NCBI GenBank assembly: GCA_017450205.1
Contig: JAFSVF010000001.1
Span: 75,189-139,188 of the forward strand
Direction: 5' to 3'
Source: Bacilli bacterium
GTDB taxonomy: Bacteria; Bacillota_I; Bacilli_A; RF39; UBA660
DNA length: 64,000 nucleotides
Position 1 is the stretch's first letter, and every line of letters starts with the position of its first letter. The notes under the pieces were generated by a model. That model saw only the letters and a list, made by a program, of their open reading frames with translations, ran no database searches and was not told the DNA's origin. A program made the translations under genes and the position numbers. Below, piece after piece: positions 44,668 through 55,025 of this stretch.

Positions 44668-45939
44668 ATGAAACTTTGTATTAAAACTTTAGGATGTAAA
44701 GTAAACGCTTATGAATCAGAATGTATTGAAGAAGATTTTAAAAATCATGGATATGAAGTAGTTAATGATTTTGAATCAGCTGATGTTATTGTTATAAATA
44801 CATGTACTGTTACTAATCAAGCAGATGCTAAATCAAGAAAACTTATTAGACAAGCAAGAAAGAATGATAAAGCATGTTTAGTAGTATGTGGTTGCTCATC
44901 ACAACAACATAAAGATTCACTATTTGATCTAGGAGTAGATGTTCTTTTAGGTACAACTGGTAAAACGAGAATTTATTCATTAGTTGAAAATTTCTTAGAA
45001 ACTCATGAAAAAATAAGTTTATTTAATGACGTTAGATATGAAGAGTTTGAAGAATCCTCTATTAAAGATATGGATGGTAAAACAAGAGCATTCGTAAAAA
45101 TTCAAGATGGATGTAATAACTTCTGTAGTTATTGTATTATTCCTTTTGTAAGAGGAAGAGTTAGAAGTAAAGATTTAAATCTAGCTGTTAAAGAAATAAA
45201 TGATCTTGCAAATAATGGATATAAAGAAGTAGTATTAACAGGTATTCATACTGGTGCTTATGGTGAAGATAAAGATTATGATTTAACTGATTTAATTAGA
45301 GAAATCTCTAAAAATGATAATCTACTTAGAATAAGAATATCTAGTATTGAAATAACTCAATTAGATGAAAAATTCATGGAAGAATTTAAAACTAATAAAA
45401 AGATTTGTTCTCATATTCATGTACCTGTTCAATGTCCTAATGATGAAATATTAAAGGGTATGAATAGAAAATATACTTTAGATGAATATAAGAAAAAAAT
45501 AAAAGAATTAAGAGATGCACGTGAAGATATTAATATAACTACAGATTTAATAGTAGGTTTCCCAGGTGAAACAGATGAAATCTTTGATTCAATGTTAGAT
45601 GAATGTGTTAATATAGGATTTTCTAAAATACATACTTTCCCATATTCAATTAGAAAAGGTACTAAAGCATCTATCATGAAACAAGTAAAAGATAGTGATA
45701 AAACAGATAGAGTAGATAAAATGTTAAGACTATCTGATATGTTAGAAAATAAGTACTATAATGAATATTTAGGAAAAGTAGTTACAGTATTAGTAGAAAA
45801 AAATAATACTGGATTTACTAGTAATTATATTAAAGTTCATATTAATAGTGATGTTAATGAAGGAGACATGTGTGATGTAAAAATCATTAAAGTTGACGGA
45901 ATTAATGTATATGGTGAACTTATAAGTGTAAATAAATAG
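44668..45939 (+). CDS. mtaB: Radical-SAM tRNA methylthiotransferase, MtaB-like
   Basis: ATG at 44668 after AAAGGAG. N-terminal TLGCKVNAYE, radical-SAM CNNFCSYCIIP, and a C-terminal TRAM-like domain. Confidence 0.75.
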   Translation: MKLCIKTLGCKVNAYESECIEEDFKNHGYEVVNDFESADVIVINTCTVTNQADAKSRKLIRQARKNDKACLVVCGCSSQQHKDSLFDLGVDVLLGTTGKTRIYSLVENFLETHEKISLFNDVRYEEFEESSIKDMDGKTRAFVKIQDGCNNFCSYCIIPFVRGRVRSKDLNLAVKEINDLANNGYKEVVLTGIHTGAYGEDKDYDLTDLIREISKNDNLLRIRISSIEITQLDEKFMEEFKTNKKICSHIHVPVQCPNDEILKGMNRKYTLDEYKKKIKELRDAREDINITTDLIVGFPGETDEIFDSMLDECVNIGFSKIHTFPYSIRKGTKASIMKQVKDSDKTDRVDKMLRLSDMLENKYYNEYLGKVVTVLVEKNNTGFTSNYIKVHINSDVNEGDMCDVKIIKVDGINVYGELISVNK

Positions 45940-45993
45940 ACAAGATAAACAAATCTTGTCTTATTTGTTTTATAATTATATTGGGTGAAGAGT

Positions 45994-46860
45994 ATGAAAA
46001 ATAATGACGAATTACAATATATGCCACTTATGCATGGTAAAGTAGGTTATACTAATGATGAATTTAAAACAACTAATATTAAAAACCATGGTGTTAAAAA
46101 AGGAACAGTAAGATGGAACTATAAGAAAATGGTTACAACAATGATTATAACAGGTTCTTTATTTACAGTTGCAACAGTAGGTGGAATTCATGCTTTTAAT
46201 ACAATGAAGGGTGCTCCTAAAGAAACAACAACTGTTATTGGTGAAGATATACTTAAAGGTAATAATACTTCTATGAGCGATGAAGAAATAATTAGTGAAG
46301 CAATAACACCAACTCAAAATCCAGAAGATGTTTCTATTTCAGAAATTCCTACTCCAAATGATAGAACAACAGTAGACTACCTAGTTAAAAGTGGAGATAC
46401 TCTTGATGGAATCATTTATAAATATACTAGTAATGCAACAGAAAAAGATTTTTACAAGAATTATGTTAAATTCTACAATGATCTTGGTGAAATTCTTCAA
46501 GCTGGACAAGTTATTACTTTAGTTGGTGTGCCTTATAAATATGCAGATGATTTAAATACTGGTTATAATGAGTCATATGATAAAGATAGTGAGATCAGTA
46601 GAGAATTAAATGGTGCAGTTAATGAATTATTAGAAGAATATGGTAATGACTACGCTAAAGGATCACTAGTTGATACTATTGTTAATGAACTTGCAGTATT
46701 TAATAGTACTACTAATGGAAAAACACGTACATATTTAGCGCAAACTATGGTTCAACAAATTGATAGTGTTAGAAAATATGGTAATAGTGATTACGTTTCA
46801 AAAGCAGAATCAGATTTAGAAGCTGTAACTAATGCAGTCAATAGTGGTAAATCTAGATAA
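45994..46860 (+). CDS. Membrane-anchored LysM-domain protein
   Basis: One TM and the LysM-like segment YLVKSGDTLDGIIYKY. Confidence 0.55.
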   Translation: MKNNDELQYMPLMHGKVGYTNDEFKTTNIKNHGVKKGTVRWNYKKMVTTMIITGSLFTVATVGGIHAFNTMKGAPKETTTVIGEDILKGNNTSMSDEEIISEAITPTQNPEDVSISEIPTPNDRTTVDYLVKSGDTLDGIIYKYTSNATEKDFYKNYVKFYNDLGEILQAGQVITLVGVPYKYADDLNTGYNESYDKDSEISRELNGAVNELLEEYGNDYAKGSLVDTIVNELAVFNSTTNGKTRTYLAQTMVQQIDSVRKYGNSDYVSKAESDLEAVTNAVNSGKSR

Positions 46861-47318
46861 TGAAAATTAATGATTTATTAAAAACAAAAACATTATATTT
46901 TGCAATTACACTTTTAATAGTAATAGTTTTAAGTGTATCTTCTTCATATGCTTTTGTTAATAAAAATAATACAAAACTAGATAATGGTTTAATAGTTGAA
47001 TATAAAGAAACTAATTCTAATTATCTATATGTTGAAAAAAGTATTAATGTTAAAAATACTAAAAATACAGCAAATGAATTTAATATATATGTTAGTTCAT
47101 TAGATAGTGATTCAACAATTAGTTTAGATAAAATAGTATATAAGATTAATGATGGAGTAGAATCAAACTTAAAAAATAAGAATAATACTTCAATATATAC
47201 TGGTAAACTAAATAGTAATGAAGAAATAAATTTAACATTAAAGTTTTGGGTTTCTTATGATTTATTAGAAAACTCAGATCAAGGTAAAAGTTTATCAATA
47301 GATATTAATGTACAATAA
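46860..47318 (+). CDS. Small exported or anchored hypothetical protein
   Basis: N-terminal hydrophobic segment ending SSSYAF. The remainder is beta-rich and Asn/Ser-rich. Confidence 0.4.
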   Translation: MKINDLLKTKTLYFAITLLIVIVLSVSSSYAFVNKNNTKLDNGLIVEYKETNSNYLYVEKSINVKNTKNTANEFNIYVSSLDSDSTISLDKIVYKINDGVESNLKNKNNTSIYTGKLNSNEEINLTLKFWVSYDLLENSDQGKSLSIDINVQ

Positions 47319-47340
47319 AAGAGAAGTTAAAACTTCTCTT

Positions 47341-47892
47341 TTAAATTTCTCTCATTGAATCTTTTCCTTTGAAAGGATTCTTTGGATCGATTCTATCAGT
47401 AAATAAAATACCATTTAAGTGATCTAATTCGTGTTGGAAAGCAATTGCTATATCTTCTCTAACACGAATAGTATATTCATCGCCATTTTCATCAAATGCT
47501 TTAAATGTAGCTCTAGCATATCTAGGTACTATTCCAGTAGTAGGTCTATTAATACTTAGACATCCTTCACCTTCGCCAACATAAATTTTTTCTTCAGAAT
47601 GACTAATCATTTCAGGATTTATAACAACATATCTACCAAAAGTACCATCGCCATAGTCTTCTGAAACCACGAAAATTCTTTTCATAATTCCAATTTGACA
47701 GAATGATAATCCCATTCCTGGTCTTAAGTCATATTTTTCAGCAATTTCTTCATCTTGACTATATTCTAGATATGTTAAAGCATCATCTATAAGTTTCTTT
47801 GTTTCATCATCTAATGGAAATGTAACAGGTTTACTTATTTGATGTAATCTTTTATCTTTTTCATCTAAAATAACTATTTTAGGTATTTTCAT
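47341..47892 (-). CDS. def: Peptide deformylase
   Basis: Start trimmed to the ATG at 47892 (AGGGGTGA SD). Motifs GxGLSxxQ-like GMGLSFCQIG, EGCLS and QHELDHL. Confidence 0.9.
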   Translation of the reverse strand: MKIPKIVILDEKDKRLHQISKPVTFPLDDETKKLIDDALTYLEYSQDEEIAEKYDLRPGMGLSFCQIGIMKRIFVVSEDYGDGTFGRYVVINPEMISHSEEKIYVGEGEGCLSINRPTTGIVPRYARATFKAFDENGDEYTIRVREDIAIAFQHELDHLNGILFTDRIDPKNPFKGKDSMREI

Positions 47893-47984
47893 GAGTTTCA
47901 CCCCTTTAACGCAAGTTATTATAGCAAAAAACATTAAAAAAATAAAGTTTTTGGGTTATAATACGTTTATGAATGAGGGATAGT

Positions 47985-48839
47985 ATGAAAATAATATGTG
48001 TTGTTGGTCCAACCGGAGTTGGAAAGACTAAATTAAGTGTAATGCTTGCTAAGAAATATGATGCAGTTATTCTTAATGCTGATTCTATGCAAGTATATAA
48101 ATATTTAAACATTGGTACTGCTAAACCAACTGAAGAAGAAAAAGAAAATGTTCCACATTATCTTTTTGATATAGTAGACCCAAAAGATATGTATACAGTT
48201 TATGATTACCAAAGAGATTTAAGAGCCAAACTTGAAGAATTTAAAGATAAGAATATAGTTATCGTAGGTGGTACTGGATTATATTTAAAGAGTGCACTTT
48301 ATAATTATGAATTTGATGAAGAAACAAAGCTTAATACTTTTGATGATAAAACTAATGAAGAACTATTCGAAGAAGTAAAGAAAAAATTCCCTGAACTTGA
48401 TATTCATGTTAATAATAGAAAAAGACTTATAAGAGCACTTAATAGAGATTCTATTAAATCTCATAAAGATGAACTTTTATATCCAGCTATCTTTATAGGT
48501 TTAACTACTGATAGAGAAACTCTATATGAAAGAATAAATTTAAGAGTAGATAAAATGGTTAAAGAAGGACTTCTAGAAGAGGTTAAACACTTTTATGATC
48601 AAGGCTTAAGAAGTAAAGCTATAATGACAGGAATTGGTTATAAAGAATTATATGATTATTTTGATAAAAAGTGTACTTTAGAGGAAGCGTTAGACTTAAT
48701 AAAACAAAGAAGTAGAAAGTATGCTAAAAGACAATATACTTGGTTTAAAAATCAAATGGATGTTAATTGGATAAATGTAGATTTTAAAGACTTCAATAAT
48801 ACTTTTAATGAAGCAATAAATATAATAGAAAATAAATAA
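47985..48839 (+). CDS. miaA: tRNA dimethylallyltransferase
   Basis: P-loop GPTGVGKT, ILNADSMQVYKYLNIGTAKP, and YAKRQYTWFKNQ near the C-terminus. Confidence 0.9.
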   Translation: MKIICVVGPTGVGKTKLSVMLAKKYDAVILNADSMQVYKYLNIGTAKPTEEEKENVPHYLFDIVDPKDMYTVYDYQRDLRAKLEEFKDKNIVIVGGTGLYLKSALYNYEFDEETKLNTFDDKTNEELFEEVKKKFPELDIHVNNRKRLIRALNRDSIKSHKDELLYPAIFIGLTTDRETLYERINLRVDKMVKEGLLEEVKHFYDQGLRSKAIMTGIGYKELYDYFDKKCTLEEALDLIKQRSRKYAKRQYTWFKNQMDVNWINVDFKDFNNTFNEAINIIENK

Positions 48840-48902
48840 TTTATTCTCTTTATTTATTGTGATAAATTATAAAATGATTTATATTTATCATAGGTGAGTA
48901 GA

Positions 48903-51341
48903 ATGAAAAAACATAAAGGTTTTACACTAGTAGAATTACTTGCAGTAATAGTAATTTTAGCAATTATTATGTTAATTGCAATACCTGCTGTATTATCAAC
49001 ACTAGCTACAGCTCGTAGAAAAGGTTTTATTGAATATGTTGATAAAATCTATTTAACAACTCAAAAACAAGTATTAGAAGAAGAAACATTAGGAAAACCA
49101 ATTACAGGTTGTAAAACATTTTATATTAAAAAAGATTTAGGATTAAACAATACTGGATCCTATGATGGATTTGTATTAGTAAAAAATGATGGTTTTAGTG
49201 ATATTCAATATTACATAACACTACATGATGATGAATATAAGATTGATTCTTATTTATATGATGGTTCACTTGATATAGATAATTTAGAATCATTTATTGA
49301 TGGAGAAGAAATAGATTCTTCAACTGTATGTTCTAAAGTTGGATGTAGTACGTGTTCAGTTGAAGATACTTTAACAGGTGAACAAGTATGTAGTTATTTA
49401 ACTCAAGTAACTGATTCAACACCTGGTACATTTGATGGAAGTGGAAATGAAAATGATCCATTTAAAATTGAATCAATTGAAGATTTAGTGGCTTTGTCTG
49501 TTGGAACTAATGATGGTTCATTAGGAAGTAATAAGTATTATAAATTGATGCTTGATTTAAGCTTTGATTGTGATAAATCATATGTTGATCCAAATGGAAC
49601 TAATTTTGGTGATATAAATGAAGATGGTACCGTTAGTGGATTAAAGACTGAATTAACTACTGGTAGTGGTTTTGTTCCTATTGGTAAAGATTATTCTACT
49701 GCTTTTAGTTCATTATTTGATGGAAATAATAAAAAGATTTATGGATTATATATCAATAGACCTTCAACTGATAATGTTGGTTTATTTGGACACGGAAAGA
49801 CAGAGATAGACAGTTATAATGTTAAGAGTTTAAGTGTTCTAGATGCTGATGTTACTGGGGGATCTAAAACTGGTATAGTTATTGGTTATGTACATTTTGG
49901 TAGTAATGGATTTATAAGTGATTTAATTAGCTCTGGTACAGTAAATGGATCATATTATGTCGGTGGAATTGTAGGAGAGATTGTTGCTAATAATAGTTAT
50001 TCTCCATATGTAGAAAATCTTGTAAATAGAGCATCTATAATTGGGAATCGTAATGTTGGTGGAGTATCTGGTGAAATTGATTATACAAAATGTAATAATT
50101 TAACAAATTATGGTAATGTTGCTTCTAATGGTGGTTATAGCGGTGGAGTATCTGGTGCTGTTGCATATGCACAAACTTCAGTTAGTAATTTTAAAAATTA
50201 TGGAAAATTAACTGTAAATAATGATCACGTTATATCCGGTGGAGTATTTGGTTTTGTTTGCGATGTAGAGATTAGTGATGTTTATAATTATGGTGAAGTT
50301 ATTGGTACAGGTAATGGATTTATAGCTGGAGCAATTGGTGAATTAATGAAAAATTCTTATAGTAATACTGCTGGCTATAATATTTATAATTACGGTAAAG
50401 TAAAAAGTGTTACAGAATATGTTGCTGGAGCAATTGGATATTTAGTATATGTTAATGCATATAATGTATATAATTATGGCTCAATAGAAGCACCTGAATC
50501 AGATAGATATAGATCTTATGTCGGTGGTCTTGTATCTCAAGTTAACTATAGTTCAGGTTTATACAATGGTGGAAATCATGGAAATATTACATGTAATGGG
50601 AACGGTTATATTGGTGGTGTCTCATCATATGGATACGGTATTGTAAAAAATGTTTATAATTATGGAAATATTAATGTTACTAATAATACAACTAATTCTG
50701 TAATTGTGGGATGTCTTTCTGGTGAAGGTAATGCATATAATTCATATTCAAATTGTGATATTACTGTTTCATCTCATCCTAGTGATTCTAATTATGATTT
50801 TGTAGGATTAGGAATTGGTCATGTATATCAAAGTTCTAATACTGGAAATATATATTCTTTAGGAAGTATTAAAGCTAATAATAAAAATAAGTATTATGTA
50901 GGTGCTTTATTTGGTGATTATTATTATGGTTATTATGATACAGGTACATATAGTAATTTCTATGCTAAAGGTAATATTTTAGGATATGATAGTATTAATA
51001 TCTTTGCCGGAAGAAATCAAAACAATGGTACAATTCAAAACTCTTATACTAATATATATACAGATGCTACTGATATAGATGATAAAAGAGAAGATAGTTT
51101 TTCAAATAATTTTAGTAAATATTATTATAGTTTAAATGATTCTCCTAATAAGAAAACACTATCTATTGCTCAAGAATATGATTTTTCACAAGTAAATGGT
51201 ATGTGGTTTAGAGATACATTAAAATTAGGAAATAATTGGCAATATTCTAATGGATATTATCCAAAATTATATAAAGTATTACCTAATGGTAGTGTTTCAA
51301 GTGAATTAGTTGAAGGACAAAAAGATATACCAATTAAATAA
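48903..51341 (+). CDS. Large modular type IV pilin / pseudopilin with GLUG-type repeats
   Basis: Class III signal peptide MKKHKG/FTLVELLAVIVILAIIML with Glu at +5. A pilin-like globular head. Then more than 8 repeats of the GG[VI][VS]G ... N.GN type (VGGIVGE, VGGVSGE, SGGVSGA, SGGVFGF, AGAIGE, VGGLVSQ, IGGVSSY). Confidence 0.7.
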   Translation: MKKHKGFTLVELLAVIVILAIIMLIAIPAVLSTLATARRKGFIEYVDKIYLTTQKQVLEEETLGKPITGCKTFYIKKDLGLNNTGSYDGFVLVKNDGFSDIQYYITLHDDEYKIDSYLYDGSLDIDNLESFIDGEEIDSSTVCSKVGCSTCSVEDTLTGEQVCSYLTQVTDSTPGTFDGSGNENDPFKIESIEDLVALSVGTNDGSLGSNKYYKLMLDLSFDCDKSYVDPNGTNFGDINEDGTVSGLKTELTTGSGFVPIGKDYSTAFSSLFDGNNKKIYGLYINRPSTDNVGLFGHGKTEIDSYNVKSLSVLDADVTGGSKTGIVIGYVHFGSNGFISDLISSGTVNGSYYVGGIVGEIVANNSYSPYVENLVNRASIIGNRNVGGVSGEIDYTKCNNLTNYGNVASNGGYSGGVSGAVAYAQTSVSNFKNYGKLTVNNDHVISGGVFGFVCDVEISDVYNYGEVIGTGNGFIAGAIGELMKNSYSNTAGYNIYNYGKVKSVTEYVAGAIGYLVYVNAYNVYNYGSIEAPESDRYRSYVGGLVSQVNYSSGLYNGGNHGNITCNGNGYIGGVSSYGYGIVKNVYNYGNINVTNNTTNSVIVGCLSGEGNAYNSYSNCDITVSSHPSDSNYDFVGLGIGHVYQSSNTGNIYSLGSIKANNKNKYYVGALFGDYYYGYYDTGTYSNFYAKGNILGYDSINIFAGRNQNNGTIQNSYTNIYTDATDIDDKREDSFSNNFSKYYYSLNDSPNKKTLSIAQEYDFSQVNGMWFRDTLKLGNNWQYSNGYYPKLYKVLPNGSVSSELVEGQKDIPIK

Positions 51342-51364
51342 AGGAAGATATTCTTCCTTTTTTT
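51341..51364 (+). terminator. Rho-independent terminator after the pilin gene
   Basis: AAGGAAGA / TCTTCCTT stem followed by T5. Confidence 0.75.
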
Positions 51365-51405
51365 ATATATTTTTTATATAATATTTATAGGATTATGGTG
51401 ATAAT

Positions 51406-51954
51406 ATGAAAAATATTAAATGGATAAGTATAACTTCATGTATATCTATATTTTTACTTACATTAGCACTTCTAACTATTAATAATACTTTTTCTTTTAG
51501 TAGTGTAGAAGGAAAGTGGGATGTTCACTTTGAAAGTACTAATGAATCAGTTATTATAGATGATACTAGAATAGATTTTTATAATACTTTAAAAGTAGGA
51601 GAAACTTATAAATTAGATGTAGACGTAGTAAACAAAGGAAACTATAATGCAGAAATCTATAAAGTAATACCTGCTGATTTAAAAAATTATAAACTAGAAG
51701 ATAGTGATTATACGTTAGATGACTTCTTAAGTTATTCATATAATTATGAAGAAGATAATAATATTAATTCAATAAAATCTTCAAGCAAAGTATCTACATT
51801 TGATATTTTAAAAGCTAATACAAAGAATAAAATAGCAATCGAAGTCAAATATGATATTACTAAACTAAATAATGAAAAGTTAGAATATCTTAAAAATCAT
51901 GATAATAAATTGAATTTTAGTTTATATCTACAATTGAATTATAAACAAATGTAA
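51406..51954 (+). CDS. Small exported or anchored hypothetical protein
   Basis: N-terminal hydrophobic segment ending NNTFSFSS, which is faintly TasA/camelysin-type-signal-like. Beta-rich. Confidence 0.4.
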   Translation: MKNIKWISITSCISIFLLTLALLTINNTFSFSSVEGKWDVHFESTNESVIIDDTRIDFYNTLKVGETYKLDVDVVNKGNYNAEIYKVIPADLKNYKLEDSDYTLDDFLSYSYNYEEDNNINSIKSSSKVSTFDILKANTKNKIAIEVKYDITKLNNEKLEYLKNHDNKLNFSLYLQLNYKQM

Positions 51955-51975
51955 TAAAAAGGGTTGAGTGATACT

Positions 51976-53001
51976 ATGAGTAAGAATAAAAAAATAGCCT
52001 ATAGTATAATTATATTTATATTATTTGTTCTATTTTGTTTAACAAGTTATTTACTTATTTATTTCTTTAGTAATAGAAATGTATCTATTACTAAAGAATA
52101 TATTAATGTAATAGATTCGGATTCTATTAATTATACTATTAAACTAAAAGATAATGATTATATTACAGATTCATCTAAAGTAGATGCTTATGCTAGTGAT
52201 TTAATTGATTACTTAAATATTTATTATAAGTACAATTCTAAATTTAGTGATCAAATTAAAGGTGAAATAAAAGTAAATGCTAAAGGTACTTTAATAGGTA
52301 CTTCAAAGACTGATTCATCAATCGTACTTTATAATGAATTCTATAAAAATGAAGATGTTGATTATGATATAAATGGAGAAATAATTAACTATAATGATGA
52401 ATATAGATTAAACTTTAGTGAGATAAAAAAGATCTATGATTCATTTGTTGATATTAATAAAGTAGATTTAAATGGAGTAGTTAAATTTGATGTAACTTTT
52501 GATTATGATGTATATAATGAATTAATAAATGATTTTGTTAATAATTCAGTTACTCTTAGTATTAATATTCCACTAGAAAATGAAACTAAAATTGATATGT
52601 CTAAGACATATGAAAGAAATAAAAACTATTATGCTAAAATGCCAGATGAACAAAAACCATTATATTTAGCAATTTGTTTAGAGTTATTTGGTGCATTAGT
52701 ATTATTTGTAATAATATTTATTTTACTTATTAATCAAATGAGAGATTCTTATAGTAAATATGAAAAGAAATTAGATAAAATACTAAGAAGTAACAAAAGA
52801 AGAATAGTAAGATTAAAATCAGTTCCAGATTTAACAAATAGAAATGTTGTATTAGTTAAATCATTTGAAGAACTATGCAAGGTTTCTACATATAGAAATA
52901 TTAATTATGTAGAAATAATACCAAATAAATTATCAATATTCTTTATTACTGATAGAGATATTACATACGTATATAATTTTGATGCTAAGAAGGTGAAGTA
53001 A
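51976..53001 (+). CDS. Two-TM membrane protein with a large extracytoplasmic domain
   Basis: ATG at 51976. TM helices near residues 10-30 and 230-255. Confidence 0.4.
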   Translation: MSKNKKIAYSIIIFILFVLFCLTSYLLIYFFSNRNVSITKEYINVIDSDSINYTIKLKDNDYITDSSKVDAYASDLIDYLNIYYKYNSKFSDQIKGEIKVNAKGTLIGTSKTDSSIVLYNEFYKNEDVDYDINGEIINYNDEYRLNFSEIKKIYDSFVDINKVDLNGVVKFDVTFDYDVYNELINDFVNNSVTLSINIPLENETKIDMSKTYERNKNYYAKMPDEQKPLYLAICLELFGALVLFVIIFILLINQMRDSYSKYEKKLDKILRSNKRRIVRLKSVPDLTNRNVVLVKSFEELCKVSTYRNINYVEIIPNKLSIFFITDRDITYVYNFDAKKVK

Positions 53002-53522
53002 TGAAAAATATTATATTTCATGATGAAGTAAAAAATCTTGAGGAATTAGTTAATAGAATATCTTCATTAGATAACCCTCCACAACTTAATGATGTTAAGA
53101 TTGGAGTAATATGCTTTATCTTTGATAAAGATGGTAAAGTAATATTAAATAGAAGAGGAGCAGGTGCTAGAGATGATGTAGGAAAACTTCAAGCTCTAGG
53201 TGGTTCAATTAATGATAATGACCCTGACTTTAGAGAATCAATGAAAAGAGAACTTAAAGAAGAAGCTGGTGTTGATGATATCGAAATTGGTGAATTCGTG
53301 GGTGCAATCATAGATTCTAAATATGATAAGAATGCTATGAAAGTAATTGATTGGATAATACTTGCTTATATTGGTCATGCAGGAAATCAAGAAATAAGAA
53401 ATATGGAACCTGAAAGATGTATTGGTATTGAACACTTAAATATTGATGAAGTTGATTATAATGATTTGGGGGAAACTGCTGCTTCATTCTTAGATTATAT
53501 TAAAAGTAAAGGAATCAGATAA
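53001..53522 (+). CDS. NUDIX hydrolase
   Basis: Nudix-box-like GGSINDNDPDFRESMKRELKEEAGV. Confidence 0.7.
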   Translation: MKNIIFHDEVKNLEELVNRISSLDNPPQLNDVKIGVICFIFDKDGKVILNRRGAGARDDVGKLQALGGSINDNDPDFRESMKRELKEEAGVDDIEIGEFVGAIIDSKYDKNAMKVIDWIILAYIGHAGNQEIRNMEPERCIGIEHLNIDEVDYNDLGETAASFLDYIKSKGIR

Positions 53523-54541
53523 TGAAACTTTTTAAAAAAGAAGATGGAACAATAAACACATCTAAAGCATGTATATTTAGTTTTGTTATAACTTGTATTA
53601 TTTTGGGTTTAATTAGTATGCCAATGTTTTTACAAGATAAAGCAGTAGAAACAAAACAATCTGGTAATACTACAACTACTACTCAAGTAGGTGGTCTACT
53701 TTTATGTAAAGAATGTAATATAGAATTCTATAATAAAGAGATAAACCTAGAATTTGGCGAAAATATCAAAATAAAAGATATCTTAGATATTAAAGATGTT
53801 CCAATTGCAAATATAAAATTTACTTTAGATAGTGAATACTTAGAAAAGAAGAAAACTGATAATGAATATTATATAACAACTACAAATAGTGTTGGAGAAA
53901 CTACTATAAAGGCAGAATATGATAAGTATTCAACTACATTAAAAGTTAATATAACTGCATCTTCTCTTAAAGAAGCATCGTTTGCTAAAAAGGTTTATTA
54001 TATAAATACAACTGATGCTACAGAGTTAGAACTTATTACATTACCTAAAAAGATAGATTTAAAATATATTAAGTTTACATCTAGTGATGAATCTGTTGCT
54101 AAATTTGGTAATAATAATTCAATTAAGGGAATACAAGCTGGAAAGACTACTGTAAAATTAGTAAGTGATTCGATTGAAGACACTGCAACAGTATATGTAA
54201 TGAATACTCCATTTACATTAAAACTAAAAGATGATGGTCATTATGAAGAAATGGAAGAATATACTTATAAGAGTAATAATCCAACTCAAAATCTTTATAT
54301 TGCACTTAAGATGGAAGGTAATAGTAACTATACTGAAAATGATATAACTGTAAAAGATGAATCAAAGGGTTCAATATCAACAACAACTACGTTTGATTCT
54401 ATTTATAGTGCAGATAATATGTCACTAATTTATAAAGTTGTTTTAACTTATGATCCTACTTTAAATGCTGAAGAAAACGTTAGTGTTATTACCTTTACAC
54501 TTCCAGACAATTCGGAAAAGTATATTAAAATCGTTAGATAA
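53522..54541 (+). CDS. Membrane-anchored protein with bacterial Ig-like (Big_2-type) domains
   Basis: N-terminal TM. KFTSSDESVAKFGNNNSIKGIQAGKTTVKL is typical of Big_2. Confidence 0.5.
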   Translation: MKLFKKEDGTINTSKACIFSFVITCIILGLISMPMFLQDKAVETKQSGNTTTTTQVGGLLLCKECNIEFYNKEINLEFGENIKIKDILDIKDVPIANIKFTLDSEYLEKKKTDNEYYITTTNSVGETTIKAEYDKYSTTLKVNITASSLKEASFAKKVYYINTTDATELELITLPKKIDLKYIKFTSSDESVAKFGNNNSIKGIQAGKTTVKLVSDSIEDTATVYVMNTPFTLKLKDDGHYEEMEEYTYKSNNPTQNLYIALKMEGNSNYTENDITVKDESKGSISTTTTFDSIYSADNMSLIYKVVLTYDPTLNAEENVSVITFTLPDNSEKYIKIVR

Positions 54542-54686
54542 TATCGATTAACAATAAAAAGAAACGGAAAAACGTTGAAAAGTGAGCATTTATTGCTCAT
54601 TTTTCTTGAAAAAATGTAAATTAAATGGTACATTTTATATGTAGGGTACAGCTCTACTTACTAATACTATAGGGAGGTATAAAATT

Positions 54687-54959
54687 ATGTCAAAAACTGA
54701 ATTAGTAGAATTCGTTGCTGAACAAGCTAACGTATCAAAAGCTGAAGCTTCTAGAGTAGTTGACGCTGTTTTAGCTGGAATTACTGAAGGACTTAAAAAA
54801 GAAGGAAAGGTTGCTTTCGTAGGATTCGGAACTTTCACAAGCAAGAAAAGACCTGCTAGAGAAGGAATCAATCCATTAACTAAGAAACCAATGAAAATTC
54901 CTGCAAAGAATGTTATTTCATTCAAAGCTGGTGCTAAATTAAAAGCTTCTGTAAATTAA
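54687..54959 (+). CDS. hup: DNA-binding protein HU
   Basis: 90 aa with MSKTELV, VGFGTF and RPAREGINPLTKKPMKIPA. Confidence 0.9.
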   Translation: MSKTELVEFVAEQANVSKAEASRVVDAVLAGITEGLKKEGKVAFVGFGTFTSKKRPAREGINPLTKKPMKIPAKNVISFKAGAKLKASVN

Positions 54960-54967
54960 TTTAGATT

Positions 54968-54997
54968 AGAACTCATTTTTATGAGTTCTTTTTTTTT
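54968..54997 (+). terminator. Rho-independent terminator of hup
   Basis: AGAACTCAT / ATGAGTTCT stem followed by T8. Confidence 0.8.
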
Positions 54998-55025
54998 GTT
55001 GTGATATAATGATATTGAGGATAAT

